Shown here: in pieces, positions 8,704 to 18,365 of the stretch | Position numbering within the stretch: the first letter of the stretch is position 1 | Layout: each line of letters starts with the position of its first letter | Virus record (IMG/VR): IMGVR_UViG_2537561944_000032 | Reading direction: 5' to 3' (one strand) | Origin: a virus | Lineage: Duplodnaviria; Heunggongvirae; Uroviricota; Caudoviricetes | DNA length: 39,436 bases | Notes under the pieces: generated by a model | Seen by the model: the letters and a program-made list of their open reading frames with translations, nothing else | Databases searched by the model: none | What the model was told of the DNA's origin: nothing | Translations under genes and position numbers: made by a program

Positions 8704-9069
8704 ATGAAAGAGACGAAAAACATCGATACCGAAAACACGGTAGTTGCTGACACTGTGAAAGAAACCAGTGAGCGTGGTGTAAAACTTACCCAACCAATTG
8801 AGCGAGGCGGCGAAAAAATCACGTATGTGGAGATCACCGGGGCTATTGAGCAGGCTGGATCTCTGCGAGATTTGTCGCTGTCTGATGTGCTGAATCTGAA
8901 AGCGGAATCCATGTTTACGCTGCTGTCACGCGTGACATCACCGCGACTGGATGAAGTGACGATCAAAAAAATGGCATCCCGTGACTTTATTCAGTTATGT
9001 GTGGTTGCCGTAAATTTTTTGAGCGGTGCGGACTCTGGCGGGAAGAACGAACAGGCGACGGAAGCCTGA
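8704..9069 (+). CDS. E: tail assembly chaperone gpE; gpE+E' produced by -1 programmed frameshift (8704..9021 joined to -1 frame ending 9233)
   Basis: Small acidic ORF between tube and tape-measure genes; slippery T_TTT_TTG at 9015-9021; -1 frame ORF 8997..9233 encodes conserved E' extension (FEHIEDFVADIAVIFNWSPAEIF). Confidence 0.8.
   Translation: MKETKNIDTENTVVADTVKETSERGVKLTQPIERGGEKITYVEITGAIEQAGSLRDLSLSDVLNLKAESMFTLLSRVTSPRLDEVTIKKMASRDFIQLCVVAVNFLSGADSGGKNEQATEA
9015..9021 (+). other. programmed -1 ribosomal frameshift slippery heptamer TTTTTTG (gpE to gpE+E')
   Basis: T6G in the 0-frame context aat ttt ttg; same heptamer and position as the P2 E/E' frameshift site. Confidence 0.75.
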
Positions 9070-9210
9070 TCACGGTTGTGTGCTTTGAGCACATAGAAGA
9101 CTTTGTGGCAGATATTGCCGTTATTTTTAACTGGTCGCCCGCCGAAATCTTCATGATGACGCCCGGCGAAGTGGTTAGCTGGCGTGAGCGGGCGGCACTT
9201 CGCAGCGGGA

Positions 9211-12027
9211 ATGCAGACAATGAAGACTCTTGATATCCGGGTCGCTTTCAGCGCCGTTGACAGGCTGACCCGGCCTGCCGAAAACGCCCGCCGCCTGATG
9301 GGGCAGTTTGGTGACTCCATCCAGCGAACGCAGGGGGCGATTAAAAATCTCGAGCGTCAGGCTCGTTCATTTGAGCGCGCCCGCGACGCTGTCAGTAAAG
9401 CGGATGCGGGTATCGTGAAAGCACGACGCCAGCTTAACGCCCTTAATCAGTTACAACGCACGGGTACAGTGCTCAGCGAAAAACAACAAAAGCTGATGCA
9501 GCAGTTAAGCACCCGGCTTGAACGCCTGAATGAATCGCGCACACGGGAAATTCAGAAAATGCGGGAGCTTGGCGGAGAGCTGAAACGCCACGGCATTTCC
9601 CTGACAGGCAGCGATAACACCATCCAGCAGGCCATCAGACGCACCGAACAGTACAACAACCAGCTTGAACGCGAACGGCAGGCGCTTGCGCGTGTAACGC
9701 GGGCGCGTAAGTGGTATTCGCGCGCGCAGGAAACCGCGGGAAAACTGAAAACAGGTGGTGCGCTGGCAATTGGTGCGGCAGCGGCGGGCGGCTATGCTGC
9801 CGGGCGTTTTTTGCAGCCCGCGATCGGGTTCGGCAAAGAGATGTCCCGCGTTCAGGCGCTGACGCGAATCGACCAGAACAGCCCGCAGTTTAAGGCGCTG
9901 CGTGAGCAGGCGTTAAAACTTGGCTCTGAAACGCAGTTCACCGCAGGCGATGCCGCCAGTGGGCAGGCATTTCTTGCAATGGCAGGCTTCACACCGCAGG
10001 CCATTCAGGCTGCGCTTCCCGGAGTGCTGAGCATGGCAACGGCTGGCGGTATGGATCTCGGCGAGACGGCGGATATTGGCTCAAATATCCTGACGCAGTT
10101 CGGCCTTTCTGCTGACCAGATGGACCGGGTCGGTGACACACTCACCGCAGCGTTTACCCGTACCAACACTGACCTTCGCGCACTGGGCGAAACCATGAAA
10201 TATGCAGGTCCGGTGGCGGGTAAGCTGGGAATATCGCTGGAGCAGGCCGCAGCGATGGCTGGTGTGCTGGCGAATATGGGCATCAGAGGGAGTGATGCCG
10301 GGACGGCAATGCGTGCCAGCCTGGCTCGTCTGGCATCACCGCCAAAGGCGGCGGCAGAAGCTCTGAAAGAGCTGGGCGTGTCCGTCTCGGATGCCGGGGG
10401 TAAAATGCGCCCGATGGAGGATGTGCTGGCCGACCTTTATAAAGCCACCCGCAAATACGGGGAAGTTGACCGGGTATCGTTCTTTAAGGACATTGCCGGA
10501 GAAGAGGCTTTCACATCGTTTATGGCGCTCGTTGATGCAGTGGGTGACGGTTCCTTACCCAAACTGAGAAAAGAACTTGAAGGCGCGCGCGGTGAGGCTG
10601 AACGCACAGCAAAGGTTATGGCCAACAACCTTGACGGCGATCTGAAATCACTCGGCAGTGCATGGGAAGGGTTGCGCATCCGCATTGCAGATCTGATTGA
10701 CGGTCCGCTGCGTTCTGTCACGCAGTGGCTCACGCGGGTGGTATCAAGGGTGACGGCGCTGGCGCAGGCCCATCCGGCACTGACGCGCCAGCTACTGATA
10801 GCAGGCGGTGCGTTGCTGGCAATGACTGCAACGGTTGGCTCGTTGTCGCTGGCTATTGGTGTGCTTGCTGGTCCGCTGGCAAAACTGCGTCTTGGTTTTT
10901 CTCTCCTGACCGGATCAATGAATGCTGTCAGGGTCCTGCCAGCACTATGGGGAATGGTGACGGGTTCCGTTTCTTTACTGGGAGGCGCTATCGGGGCGCT
11001 GTTCAGTCCGGTTGGTCTTATCGTGGCTGCGCTTGCCGGAGCTGCCGTCCTTATCTGGAAATACTGGGATCCCATCAGGGCATTTTTTGCCGGGGTGTTC
11101 AGCGGGATTATGGAAAGGCTGAACCCGTTGCGTGAAACCTTTGAACGGTTTGGCCCTGTTTTTGACGCAATCGGAAGCGGGATCAGCCAGGTGTTTAACT
11201 GGTTTAAATCGCTGCTGTCACCGATGGAGTCCAGCAAGGAAACGTTGGATAAATGTACCAGTGCTGGCGAGATATTCGGTAACGTTCTTGGCGGTGCGTT
11301 ACAACTTGTTCTGACACCTGCAAAAATGCTACTGGATACGCTGGCGTGGATACTTGAAAAACTTGGCGTCCTTCCGGATGAAGCGGAAAGGGCGCGCAAG
11401 AAAATCGAAGACGCACAGCGTGCGGCCATTCTTCAGGATAAGGTTGCCTTACTTCAGGGGGACCTGGCGAAAATCAATCCGCCGAAGCCTGTGGAAAATG
11501 GCAATGGCACCGGAGGTGATAAACCCAAAGACAACAAACCGCTCACAGACAGCAATACCGGGACGCTACGCAGACTCAGCAAAATTGCTGATAACACAGG
11601 TAAGCTGGTTGATGAGACGAAAAAACGCATTGGCCCCGGCGATATTGTCTTTAAGAACCTGCCCCGCGCACTTGCTGTTCGTGGGGAGTGGCAGGAGCGG
11701 AAGATTGCGCAGGTCAGTAAGCCTGCCCCCGCAATTAATATCACACCCGTAGTCCCGGCTCCGCTGCCTCCGGCGCTGGTCCCTGTTGTTGCGGCCAGCT
11801 CCCGCCCGGTGGCGGAGGCCATACGATCGCCAGTGGCATCAGTTCCTGCAGCTTCCCGTAATCGGGAGCCTGCTGTCTCCAGATTTGGCGGTGAAATTCA
11901 TGTTCATCTGCATAACGTTGTTACGCAGAATCCCCGCGAACTGGCGAAACTGGTCGGTGAAATGGTCAGGGCAGAAATGGAACGGCGCGCCCGTGCCGGG
12001 CGTGGCAGTTTTTACGATAAAGATTGA
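9211..12027 (+). CDS. T: tail tape measure protein (P2 gpT-like)
   Basis: About 940-aa protein with extended coiled-coil N-terminal half and Gly/Ala-rich hydrophobic segments; position between E' and U. Start ambiguous (ATG 9211 or 9220; ORF opens at 9184). Confidence 0.85.
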   Translation: MQTMKTLDIRVAFSAVDRLTRPAENARRLMGQFGDSIQRTQGAIKNLERQARSFERARDAVSKADAGIVKARRQLNALNQLQRTGTVLSEKQQKLMQQLSTRLERLNESRTREIQKMRELGGELKRHGISLTGSDNTIQQAIRRTEQYNNQLERERQALARVTRARKWYSRAQETAGKLKTGGALAIGAAAAGGYAAGRFLQPAIGFGKEMSRVQALTRIDQNSPQFKALREQALKLGSETQFTAGDAASGQAFLAMAGFTPQAIQAALPGVLSMATAGGMDLGETADIGSNILTQFGLSADQMDRVGDTLTAAFTRTNTDLRALGETMKYAGPVAGKLGISLEQAAAMAGVLANMGIRGSDAGTAMRASLARLASPPKAAAEALKELGVSVSDAGGKMRPMEDVLADLYKATRKYGEVDRVSFFKDIAGEEAFTSFMALVDAVGDGSLPKLRKELEGARGEAERTAKVMANNLDGDLKSLGSAWEGLRIRIADLIDGPLRSVTQWLTRVVSRVTALAQAHPALTRQLLIAGGALLAMTATVGSLSLAIGVLAGPLAKLRLGFSLLTGSMNAVRVLPALWGMVTGSVSLLGGAIGALFSPVGLIVAALAGAAVLIWKYWDPIRAFFAGVFSGIMERLNPLRETFERFGPVFDAIGSGISQVFNWFKSLLSPMESSKETLDKCTSAGEIFGNVLGGALQLVLTPAKMLLDTLAWILEKLGVLPDEAERARKKIEDAQRAAILQDKVALLQGDLAKINPPKPVENGNGTGGDKPKDNKPLTDSNTGTLRRLSKIADNTGKLVDETKKRIGPGDIVFKNLPRALAVRGEWQERKIAQVSKPAPAINITPVVPAPLPPALVPVVAASSRPVAEAIRSPVASVPAASRNREPAVSRFGGEIHVHLHNVVTQNPRELAKLVGEMVRAEMERRARAGRGSFYDKD

Positions 12028-12033
12028 GGAGTC

Positions 12034-12528
12034 ATGGCCATGATGATGATCTATGGCATGTTTGTTTTTGAGCTGCGCACGCTGCCGCATCAGCAGTTAC
12101 AGCAAAATAAAAGCTGGCGGCATGTGAAAAATGAACGCGTTAACCGTTCAGCAAGCTGGCAGTATATCGGTGCAGGTGATGATCGCATCGTTCTTTCTGG
12201 TGTGCTTTATCCTGAAATTACAGGTGGCGAAGTGTCGCTGTCTCTGCTGACCACGCAGGCGTATACAGGACGGCCCTGGCCTCTGATTGATGGCGTCGGG
12301 CAGATTTACGGCATGTATGTCCTGACCGAAACGAATACGACCCGCTCCGAGTTTGATCGCTACGGTAAGTCGAAAAAGATAGAATTTTCACTGACTCTTG
12401 AACGCTGTGATGAGGATTTGCGGGAGCGCCTGCAATCCTCATCGTTCAGCGATATGTTGTCCGGCTTCAAAGATAAGGTGACATCATCCCTTAATAGCGC
12501 GACCAGCTCAGTTAAGGGGCTGCTCTGA
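12034..12528 (+). CDS. U: tail protein gpU-like
   Basis: 164-aa ORF (MAMMMIYGMFVFELRTLPHQ...) resembling P2 gpU (159 aa); directly after tape measure. Confidence 0.8.
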   Translation: MAMMMIYGMFVFELRTLPHQQLQQNKSWRHVKNERVNRSASWQYIGAGDDRIVLSGVLYPEITGGEVSLSLLTTQAYTGRPWPLIDGVGQIYGMYVLTETNTTRSEFDRYGKSKKIEFSLTLERCDEDLRERLQSSSFSDMLSGFKDKVTSSLNSATSSVKGLL

Positions 12529-12684
12529 TTTAACGTATGTCGCCAATTTCCTGATGAAGGTGACTGGCGACTTGCTGTTGTATGTCCTTCTCAGAAAATT
12601 GTTTTTGAATAACAAACAACAGGATTTTATAATCTCTTAACCTTATAATATGTGTGGTCTGAAATAATAATTAAGGAGATTATC

Positions 12685-13257
12685 GTGCTGTCTTACTTAA
12701 TGGCAATTCACTTTGCTTTATTTGGGGACTCTACTAATTTAAAAAACTTCTGGAAATATGAAGTAATTCGGCGGAAACGTATGGATATCTGGAGGCTTTT
12801 AAGAGAGAAAAAACAGCGTAACCGGAATTTCCTTTTCTGGTGGCGGTTGGCTAACGAAATGTATATTAATGGTAATAAATTACATAAGAAAGCAGCCAAA
12901 AAGTTAAACAGTAAAATAATTAACAAATTTGGTTGTGAAATTGGATTGGGCGCAAATATTGGAAAAGGGTTAACAATTCCCCATCATGCTGGAATTGTTG
13001 TTCATTTTGCTGTTGATGCTGGTGAAAATCTGGTGTTACGACAGAATACTACCATTGGACAGATAGATGGTGACATGCCTGGTTCAAGAGTAAAAATTGG
13101 TAGTAACGTTGATATCGGAGCTAATTGTTGCATCATTGGATTATCACGTAAAATTGGGGATAATGTAAAAATAGGTGCAATGTCTTTTATAAATAAAGAT
13201 ATACCATCGAACTGCACATATATAACTAAAAAGAGCGGTGTTGTATTGTATAAATAG
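12685..13257 (+). CDS. hexapeptide-repeat (left-handed beta-helix) acetyltransferase, CysE/LacA/WcaB-like; cargo gene
   Basis: Repeated [LIV]-G-x-x-x-x-I hexapeptide units (IGKGLTIPHHAGIVV...VKIGSNVDIGANCCIIG...KIGDNVKIGAMSF); GTG start at 12685 with AAGGAG RBS (ATG at 12700 alternative); region 12570-13260 is strongly AT-rich; followed by hairpin terminator. Confidence 0.75.
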   Translation: MLSYLMAIHFALFGDSTNLKNFWKYEVIRRKRMDIWRLLREKKQRNRNFLFWWRLANEMYINGNKLHKKAAKKLNSKIINKFGCEIGLGANIGKGLTIPHHAGIVVHFAVDAGENLVLRQNTTIGQIDGDMPGSRVKIGSNVDIGANCCIIGLSRKIGDNVKIGAMSFINKDIPSNCTYITKKSGVVLYK

Positions 13258-13265
13258 AGTACATA

Positions 13266-13300
13266 AAGCCATCTATATTTCAATCGATGGCTTTTTCTCT
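13266..13300 (+). terminator. rho-independent terminator after acetyltransferase gene
   Basis: gccatc...gatggc stem followed by TTTTTCTCTTTATT. Confidence 0.55.
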
Positions 13301-13879
13301 TTATTGTGGGGCGACTGGCCACTCAACATCCGCTGCTACCGCTGTATTAACACGATTCAACAATACCCGGTATGTCTTCCATGCAGCCAGTAACGATGCC
13401 TCTTCCTCCGTTGCAATATCCAAATCTACGGCATCCTGAAGTGGCGCAATATGCTCGCTGGCTACCTGCATCAGGCTGTTTTTTGTTTCTTCCGCCTCCC
13501 TTATCCGAAACAGTTTTTCTGCTTCTGCATCTTTCACCCAGGATGTGCCGTTCCACTTCTGATACTCTCCATACGGCGACAACCAGGTAACATTTTCCGG
13601 TAATGGACCGAGTTCAGAAATAAATAACGAGTCCCCTGATGCCACGTCATAAACCGTTTTACCCCGATGGTCTTCAACGAGATGCCACGATGCCTCATCA
13701 CTGTTGAAAACGGCCACGAAGCCAGCCGGAATATCTGGCGGGGCAATATCGGTACTGTTTGCAGGCAGACCTGTATGAGGTGGAATGTATGCATCACCTT
13801 CACCAATAAACTCATTGGTTCCGGTCAGTAGATTATAAATTTTTATGGTCCGTGAGTGTTCACTCATTCTGAATGTCAT
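13301..13879 (-). CDS. G: tail fiber assembly protein (P2 gpG-like)
   Basis: 192-aa ORF immediately downstream of the tail fiber gene on the same strand; typical size and position of gpG/Tfa. Confidence 0.75.
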   Translation of the reverse strand: MTFRMSEHSRTIKIYNLLTGTNEFIGEGDAYIPPHTGLPANSTDIAPPDIPAGFVAVFNSDEASWHLVEDHRGKTVYDVASGDSLFISELGPLPENVTWLSPYGEYQKWNGTSWVKDAEAEKLFRIREAEETKNSLMQVASEHIAPLQDAVDLDIATEEEASLLAAWKTYRVLLNRVNTAVAADVEWPVAPQ

Positions 13880-16011
13880 TATGCAAGCCTCACAATATAG
13901 TTAAATGCGATGTTTTTTACGGTGTTTTCTTCGTTACCCGTAGCGTTAACGGTGATGGTGTGTCCGTGGGGACCAATAATGACAGAATGGGCATGAGCAC
14001 CAATGCCGATAGTGTGGTTATGGGCACCGATATATACATTGTGAGCATGCTCGCCTGCGCTCGACGTGGTACCAGTACCTAACGCAGCGTTATAACCGGC
14101 TGATACACCATTCCCCGCGCCAGTGTGACCAACAGGTATATTGTGTGAATGATTTCCAGCGCTATTCGTAGTTTTTGTGCCGTAATCAAATGAACTGGTC
14201 GTTTTAGTACCGTAATCAAACGACGATGTGGTTTTCGTCCCCAAATCCGTACTGGATGCGCTGGCGCTGTGGGTGTGCGATTTAATGCCGTCCTGTTCCT
14301 GAGACAATACGGCACGACCACTGCCGGGCTTGCCCTTAATCGTCCAGCCACGCATATCAGGAATAACGCCTGACGGATAAGCGACTGCAAGTTTCGGGTA
14401 TGCAGATTTGTCAAAAGTCTGCCCCTGCATCAGGGCATAACCAGACGGAACGGTATCTGATGGCCACGGAATCGGTGCACCGACTGGATAAAACTCTTCA
14501 GGAGGATGAGCCGAGGTGTAAAGCTGCGCCCACGGCGACCAGTTTGCGTCGGGCGTATCCCGTCGTGAACGAATAAATGCCGGAGCATGAGCACCGCTTA
14601 TACCACTCCAGCCGATGAGTAATTCGCCTTCGCCAACGGCTGTCATCCCTTTCAGGTGAATGATATTTCCATACGTTGTTGGATATCCGTTGTTATACGC
14701 CTCGTATAACTCCAGACCTGTGGCCCCCTGCATATTATCTGTCAGGGCGGTCAGCCGACCTTTTGAAGCCAGATTAACTGACGATACTGCTGTCCCATCT
14801 GACGGTAACGCCCCGATCTCTGATGCTGTTGGCTTATTCCTGGAGTTATAGTCCCTTCGCCAGCCAGGAGCATAAGCATCACCATGATTAATATAAGTAA
14901 ATTGAGCATTAGGGATGCCTTCACCGCTGGATGTACTCGGTGTGGTAATGCGTATGGTCATTGCGCCGCGGGTGCCAATAACTTCCACAACAGCACCTGC
15001 AAGACAAATACTTCCGCAACCTGTATCTGTAATGACCTTATTATTTGCATAAGCCCATGAGCCTTTGCACATCCAGTAAGGATGGTTAAATGCCCCCTGA
15101 CTCTCTAGCCAAAAAATCAACTGCGCAGTTGTCCATGCTTCACTATCTCCACCAATATTCAGCTCTGCACTATATGCACGGCAGGCACCGATATTTTTCG
15201 TAAAGGTGTCTTTATCAGAGATATCCTCACCATTCTTAGCTTTCTGCAGACGTTTTTCAGCATTGTCATAGGCAGCTTTTACTGCATTTGATGTTGCCGC
15301 CAGCGTTTCAGATGTACTGTTGGTTGCACTACTAAGCTGGACAAGGCCTTTTCGCGCTGTTGTGGCATCCTGCGCTGTATATTTTCCGTTAGCAAGATCA
15401 TACGCGACCTTAACCGCTTTCGGCGTTGCAGCCAGCGTTTCAGAATCGCTGTTAGTGGCGCTACTGAGTTGAACAAAGCCTTTTGCGGTCAGCGAGGCAT
15501 CCGGGTGACATCGTGACTGTTCATGCTCTTTCAGTTCGTTATCCACGTAATCCACTGTGGCCATCACCATGGTGTTATCCACGGTAAGCGCCACAGTGGC
15601 AGTGCTGGATACGGTCAGAATGGTGCGAAATGTTTGTGCACGTCCGGACCCTTCGGCAACGGCTGGCTTGTAACTTTCGGCAGTATTGCCCACCGCGATT
15701 AAATCGCCGTGCTCATCAAACACACCAATTTCCCGGATCCAGAATCCGCCCGTTTCTGGAGGAATAACCAGCTCCGCAATAATGCGGTTCTGATGTGTTG
15801 CGTCCAGGATGACGCGATTAACAGTGTGTCGCCACACCTCATGCACCAGACGGGTCTGCTTACTGTCTGGTGTGGGCAACGCGCCGCCACCGTCGCCCAC
15901 GGCCATATGAGTCAGGCGGACAGGCTTACCATCTGGCGCGGCTGCCTGAGCTAATTTTTTGGCACCTGTATCGGTGATAACGGTTTTAAATTTTCGTGTT
16001 GTGGTACTCAT
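13879..16011 (-). CDS. H: tail fiber protein (P2 gpH-like) with divergent His-rich C-terminal receptor-binding tip
   Basis: N-terminal two-thirds match P2 gpH as I recall it, including the duplicated [23 protein letters not shown] segment; C-terminus carries HxH repeats ([33 protein letters not shown]). Confidence 0.9.
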   Translation of the reverse strand: MSTTTRKFKTVITDTGAKKLAQAAAPDGKPVRLTHMAVGDGGGALPTPDSKQTRLVHEVWRHTVNRVILDATHQNRIIAELVIPPETGGFWIREIGVFDEHGDLIAVGNTAESYKPAVAEGSGRAQTFRTILTVSSTATVALTVDNTMVMATVDYVDNELKEHEQSRCHPDASLTAKGFVQLSSATNSDSETLAATPKAVKVAYDLANGKYTAQDATTARKGLVQLSSATNSTSETLAATSNAVKAAYDNAEKRLQKAKNGEDISDKDTFTKNIGACRAYSAELNIGGDSEAWTTAQLIFWLESQGAFNHPYWMCKGSWAYANNKVITDTGCGSICLAGAVVEVIGTRGAMTIRITTPSTSSGEGIPNAQFTYINHGDAYAPGWRRDYNSRNKPTASEIGALPSDGTAVSSVNLASKGRLTALTDNMQGATGLELYEAYNNGYPTTYGNIIHLKGMTAVGEGELLIGWSGISGAHAPAFIRSRRDTPDANWSPWAQLYTSAHPPEEFYPVGAPIPWPSDTVPSGYALMQGQTFDKSAYPKLAVAYPSGVIPDMRGWTIKGKPGSGRAVLSQEQDGIKSHTHSASASSTDLGTKTTSSFDYGTKTTSSFDYGTKTTNSAGNHSHNIPVGHTGAGNGVSAGYNAALGTGTTSSAGEHAHNVYIGAHNHTIGIGAHAHSVIIGPHGHTITVNATGNEENTVKNIAFNYIVRLA

Positions 16012-16013
16012 GC

Positions 16014-16544
16014 TTAATCGTCCGGATAAATGGTAATAACTTCACCGTCATGAGTTGCCGCCGCTGCAAAAATATCCCCCGGAATTTCCTGAATGATATT
16101 CAGCCCTGTCATGTGGCGGCTGACCGGACGGGCATCAGCAATCAACCGCTCCATTTCCAGATACATTTCCTCCGTCACGCCACTGTCCAGTGTGCCGACT
16201 TCAACGGTAAATGTTCCCGGTTCTCCGCCGAACTCCCACCACTCAGACACGCGAATGAGGTATCCCAGCGGCTCAATGGCCCTGCGCAGTGCGCTGATGG
16301 TCCCTTTGTGTCGGTGTATCAGCCATGCATCACGAATCACCTGTCGTTTTGTCTCTTCCGGCCAGTTGCGATCCCAGCGGTCAACGGAAAATGCCCAGGC
16401 GAGATAAGGCAGCAGGTGCACCGGGCAGGTGTCCGGCGACCACAGCGTGTTGAGGTCTACCGGGATGTCTGTAATGCGCGTTCCGACAGCTTCGGCACAA
16501 CGCATGAAACTGCTGGCTGATGGTGGTAACAGTGAATTACTCAT
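16014..16544 (-). CDS. I: baseplate assembly protein gpI-like
   Basis: Position between J and H; about 176 aa from Met at 16544 (MSNSLLPP...), P2 gpI size. Confidence 0.8.
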   Translation of the reverse strand: MSNSLLPPSASSFMRCAEAVGTRITDIPVDLNTLWSPDTCPVHLLPYLAWAFSVDRWDRNWPEETKRQVIRDAWLIHRHKGTISALRRAIEPLGYLIRVSEWWEFGGEPGTFTVEVGTLDSGVTEEMYLEMERLIADARPVSRHMTGLNIIQEIPGDIFAAAATHDGEVITIYPDD

Positions 16545-17433
16545 TGCGCCCACCTTCGCTGATGGTGAACGACTCACAGCGCGCCGCCTGTATGTCGCTG
16601 ATGGCCATATTCTGTGTGGGTTCGATTATCTCCACGCGTTGCACACCGTGCACATGCAGTGCGGCAGCAATGGCGGACAACGCCACGTCCTGACCGATAA
16701 GCCCCTGCTCAGCCAGCCACTTCCTGAACGACGATTCAGCCGCCGCCAGAATAGGTTCGGATTCCGGGCCGGGGTAAAAGTACAGTTTTGCATTCAGCCG
16801 CCATGTCACGATTCTGGCGCTCTGTACCGTCAGGCGGTCGGCCACCGGGCGGGTATCCTCTGCATTCAGAACGGCGCGAACGGTATTAAGCAACGCCTCC
16901 GTTGCTGTGCCGTCGCCTTCAGTGGACAGGATGGAAACCGTCACATTTGCCGGAGACGGACTGATAGCCCGCGCATCACGCACCAGACCGCTGGCGCTGC
17001 GGGCAAAATACTCGTATGCACCTGACGGGCCAGCAACACTCAGGCCATCGTACGCCCGCTGCGCCCGCAGTCTCAGCGAGGTGTCACTTTCCATCACTGC
17101 GTCGGTGGTATCCGTTGCCGGAGTGATGGTCAGGCGCTTTGTGTTCATATTGCCCGCGAGGTTGTCCAGGTCTGTCCCGGCGCTGTGGCTTAACATGCAG
17201 GCGCGTGCCCCCTCATTGACCCGCTGGCGTAACAGCATTTCACGAAACGCTGTTGTCTGGGCGATAACGTTCAGGGGTTCCGATTCCAGCTCCAGCGCGG
17301 CGGAGACGGCTTCACGCTGTTCGGCAGGATAGGACGCAATCATCATGGCCTTTGTGTCAGCCAGAATTGCCTCAAAGTCAGGCTCCGCGATGATGGCGGG
17401 TTCCGGTAACTGGGAAAGGTCAACGGCAGGCAT
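16537..17433 (-). CDS. J: baseplate protein gpJ-like
   Basis: 298-aa ORF between W and I; size matches P2 gpJ (302 aa). Confidence 0.85.
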   Translation of the reverse strand: MPAVDLSQLPEPAIIAEPDFEAILADTKAMMIASYPAEQREAVSAALELESEPLNVIAQTTAFREMLLRQRVNEGARACMLSHSAGTDLDNLAGNMNTKRLTITPATDTTDAVMESDTSLRLRAQRAYDGLSVAGPSGAYEYFARSASGLVRDARAISPSPANVTVSILSTEGDGTATEALLNTVRAVLNAEDTRPVADRLTVQSARIVTWRLNAKLYFYPGPESEPILAAAESSFRKWLAEQGLIGQDVALSAIAAALHVHGVQRVEIIEPTQNMAISDIQAARCESFTISEGGRNE

Positions 17434-17436
17434 GAT

Positions 17437-17787
17437 TTACTCCCTCAGCGTGATGGTTAATTCAACATTCTGCATGGTCTGCATGACAGTGCCCGACAGC
17501 GTCACCCCGGCGCGGCCTCCTGCCTTCCAGACAACGTCGATGGCGTCCAGGGCAATGCGGGGTTCCCATCGTGTCAGCGCAATCACGGCAGCACTCATGC
17601 ATTGCAGACGAGTGGTGTTATTCATGGGTTCGTCAATTAAATCGGGCACAAGGCTGCCATATTCCCGTCGCATAACCCGGCTTGCCAGCGGGGTGATCAG
17701 GATGTCCCTGACTGACTGTTTCAGATGCTCCATATCGTTCAGGTTTCCCGTTCCGTCCGGGTTCATTCCTGTGTAGCGGGTTGTCAC
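17437..17787 (-). CDS. W: baseplate wedge protein gpW-like (gp25/lysozyme-like fold family)
   Basis: 116-aa ORF between V and J; P2 gpW is 115 aa. Confidence 0.85.
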   Translation of the reverse strand: MTTRYTGMNPDGTGNLNDMEHLKQSVRDILITPLASRVMRREYGSLVPDLIDEPMNNTTRLQCMSAAVIALTRWEPRIALDAIDVVWKAGGRAGVTLSGTVMQTMQNVELTITLRE

Positions 17788-18365
17788 TGCGGGCCTCCTG
17801 TCGAATCGCTGCCACCTTTAACGCCACCATGTTTATGCGTATGCACTGTGATGCCGTTTGAGGTGAAATTGCCGCCGCTGTGCGTGATATTGCCGCTCAT
17901 CTTTCCCCCTTTTGTGACGTCAAGCGTCGCCGTTCTCAGAAGGTCTGTGCATTCCACGACGGGCGTGTCCAGTGTCACACTGACGGATGCCTGCAGGGTG
18001 GCCGTTTTCATGCCGCTGGCGCTCAGTGCGCCTGCGTCCGCGTCGTAGCGGAACACCGCGCCATCCGGCGCGCTGACCACGATTTCTTTCAGGCTTTTGC
18101 CGGGGGCCGGATTGGCATCACTCCACAGGCTGCCAATTATCATGGCGGTTTCCGGGTTGCCGCCAATGCAGGCAATTACCACCTGTTCGCCGGGTGATGG
18201 CGGCAGCCACACATTGAAGGCTCCCGCGCGCGTGGTGTTCCAGCGCAACCAGCCTGTTTCCAGTTCGCCGCTGCGAACGCGCACGCACCAGGACTTCTCA
18301 TCAACTTCAGAGATGATCCCGGTGCGGATGATGTTGCTCAGCAGTCGCATGAGTTCTGCGCTCAC
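17784..18365 (-). CDS. V: baseplate central spike protein gpV-like
   Basis: 193-aa ORF upstream of W with Gly-rich C-terminus; P2 gene order S-V-W-J-I-H-G. Confidence 0.8.
   Translation of the reverse strand: MSAELMRLLSNIIRTGIISEVDEKSWCVRVRSGELETGWLRWNTTRAGAFNVWLPPSPGEQVVIACIGGNPETAMIIGSLWSDANPAPGKSLKEIVVSAPDGAVFRYDADAGALSASGMKTATLQASVSVTLDTPVVECTDLLRTATLDVTKGGKMSGNITHSGGNFTSNGITVHTHKHGGVKGGSDSTGGPQ

Noticed and set aside
10437-11429. 330-aa minus-strand ORF (plus several others, such as 10005..10283 and 11454..11822) inside the tape measure gene
   Set aside because: Antisense to a well-supported coding sequence in GC-rich DNA; Ala/Ser/Pro/Arg-rich low-complexity translation with no start context; typical spurious antisense ORFs.
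14160-15500. Tandem repeats inside the tail fiber gene considered as a possible CRISPR-like or satellite array
   Set aside because: They are in-frame coding repeats ([10 protein letters not shown] x2 and the duplicated [16 protein letters not shown] segment), without spacer structure; no cas genes or repeat-spacer arrays anywhere in the window.
16429-17776. Plus-strand ORFs (16429..17025, 16907..17332, 17345..17776) overlapping baseplate genes I, J and W
   Set aside because: Antisense to conserved P2-like baseplate genes; translations are Arg/Cys-rich and low-complexity.
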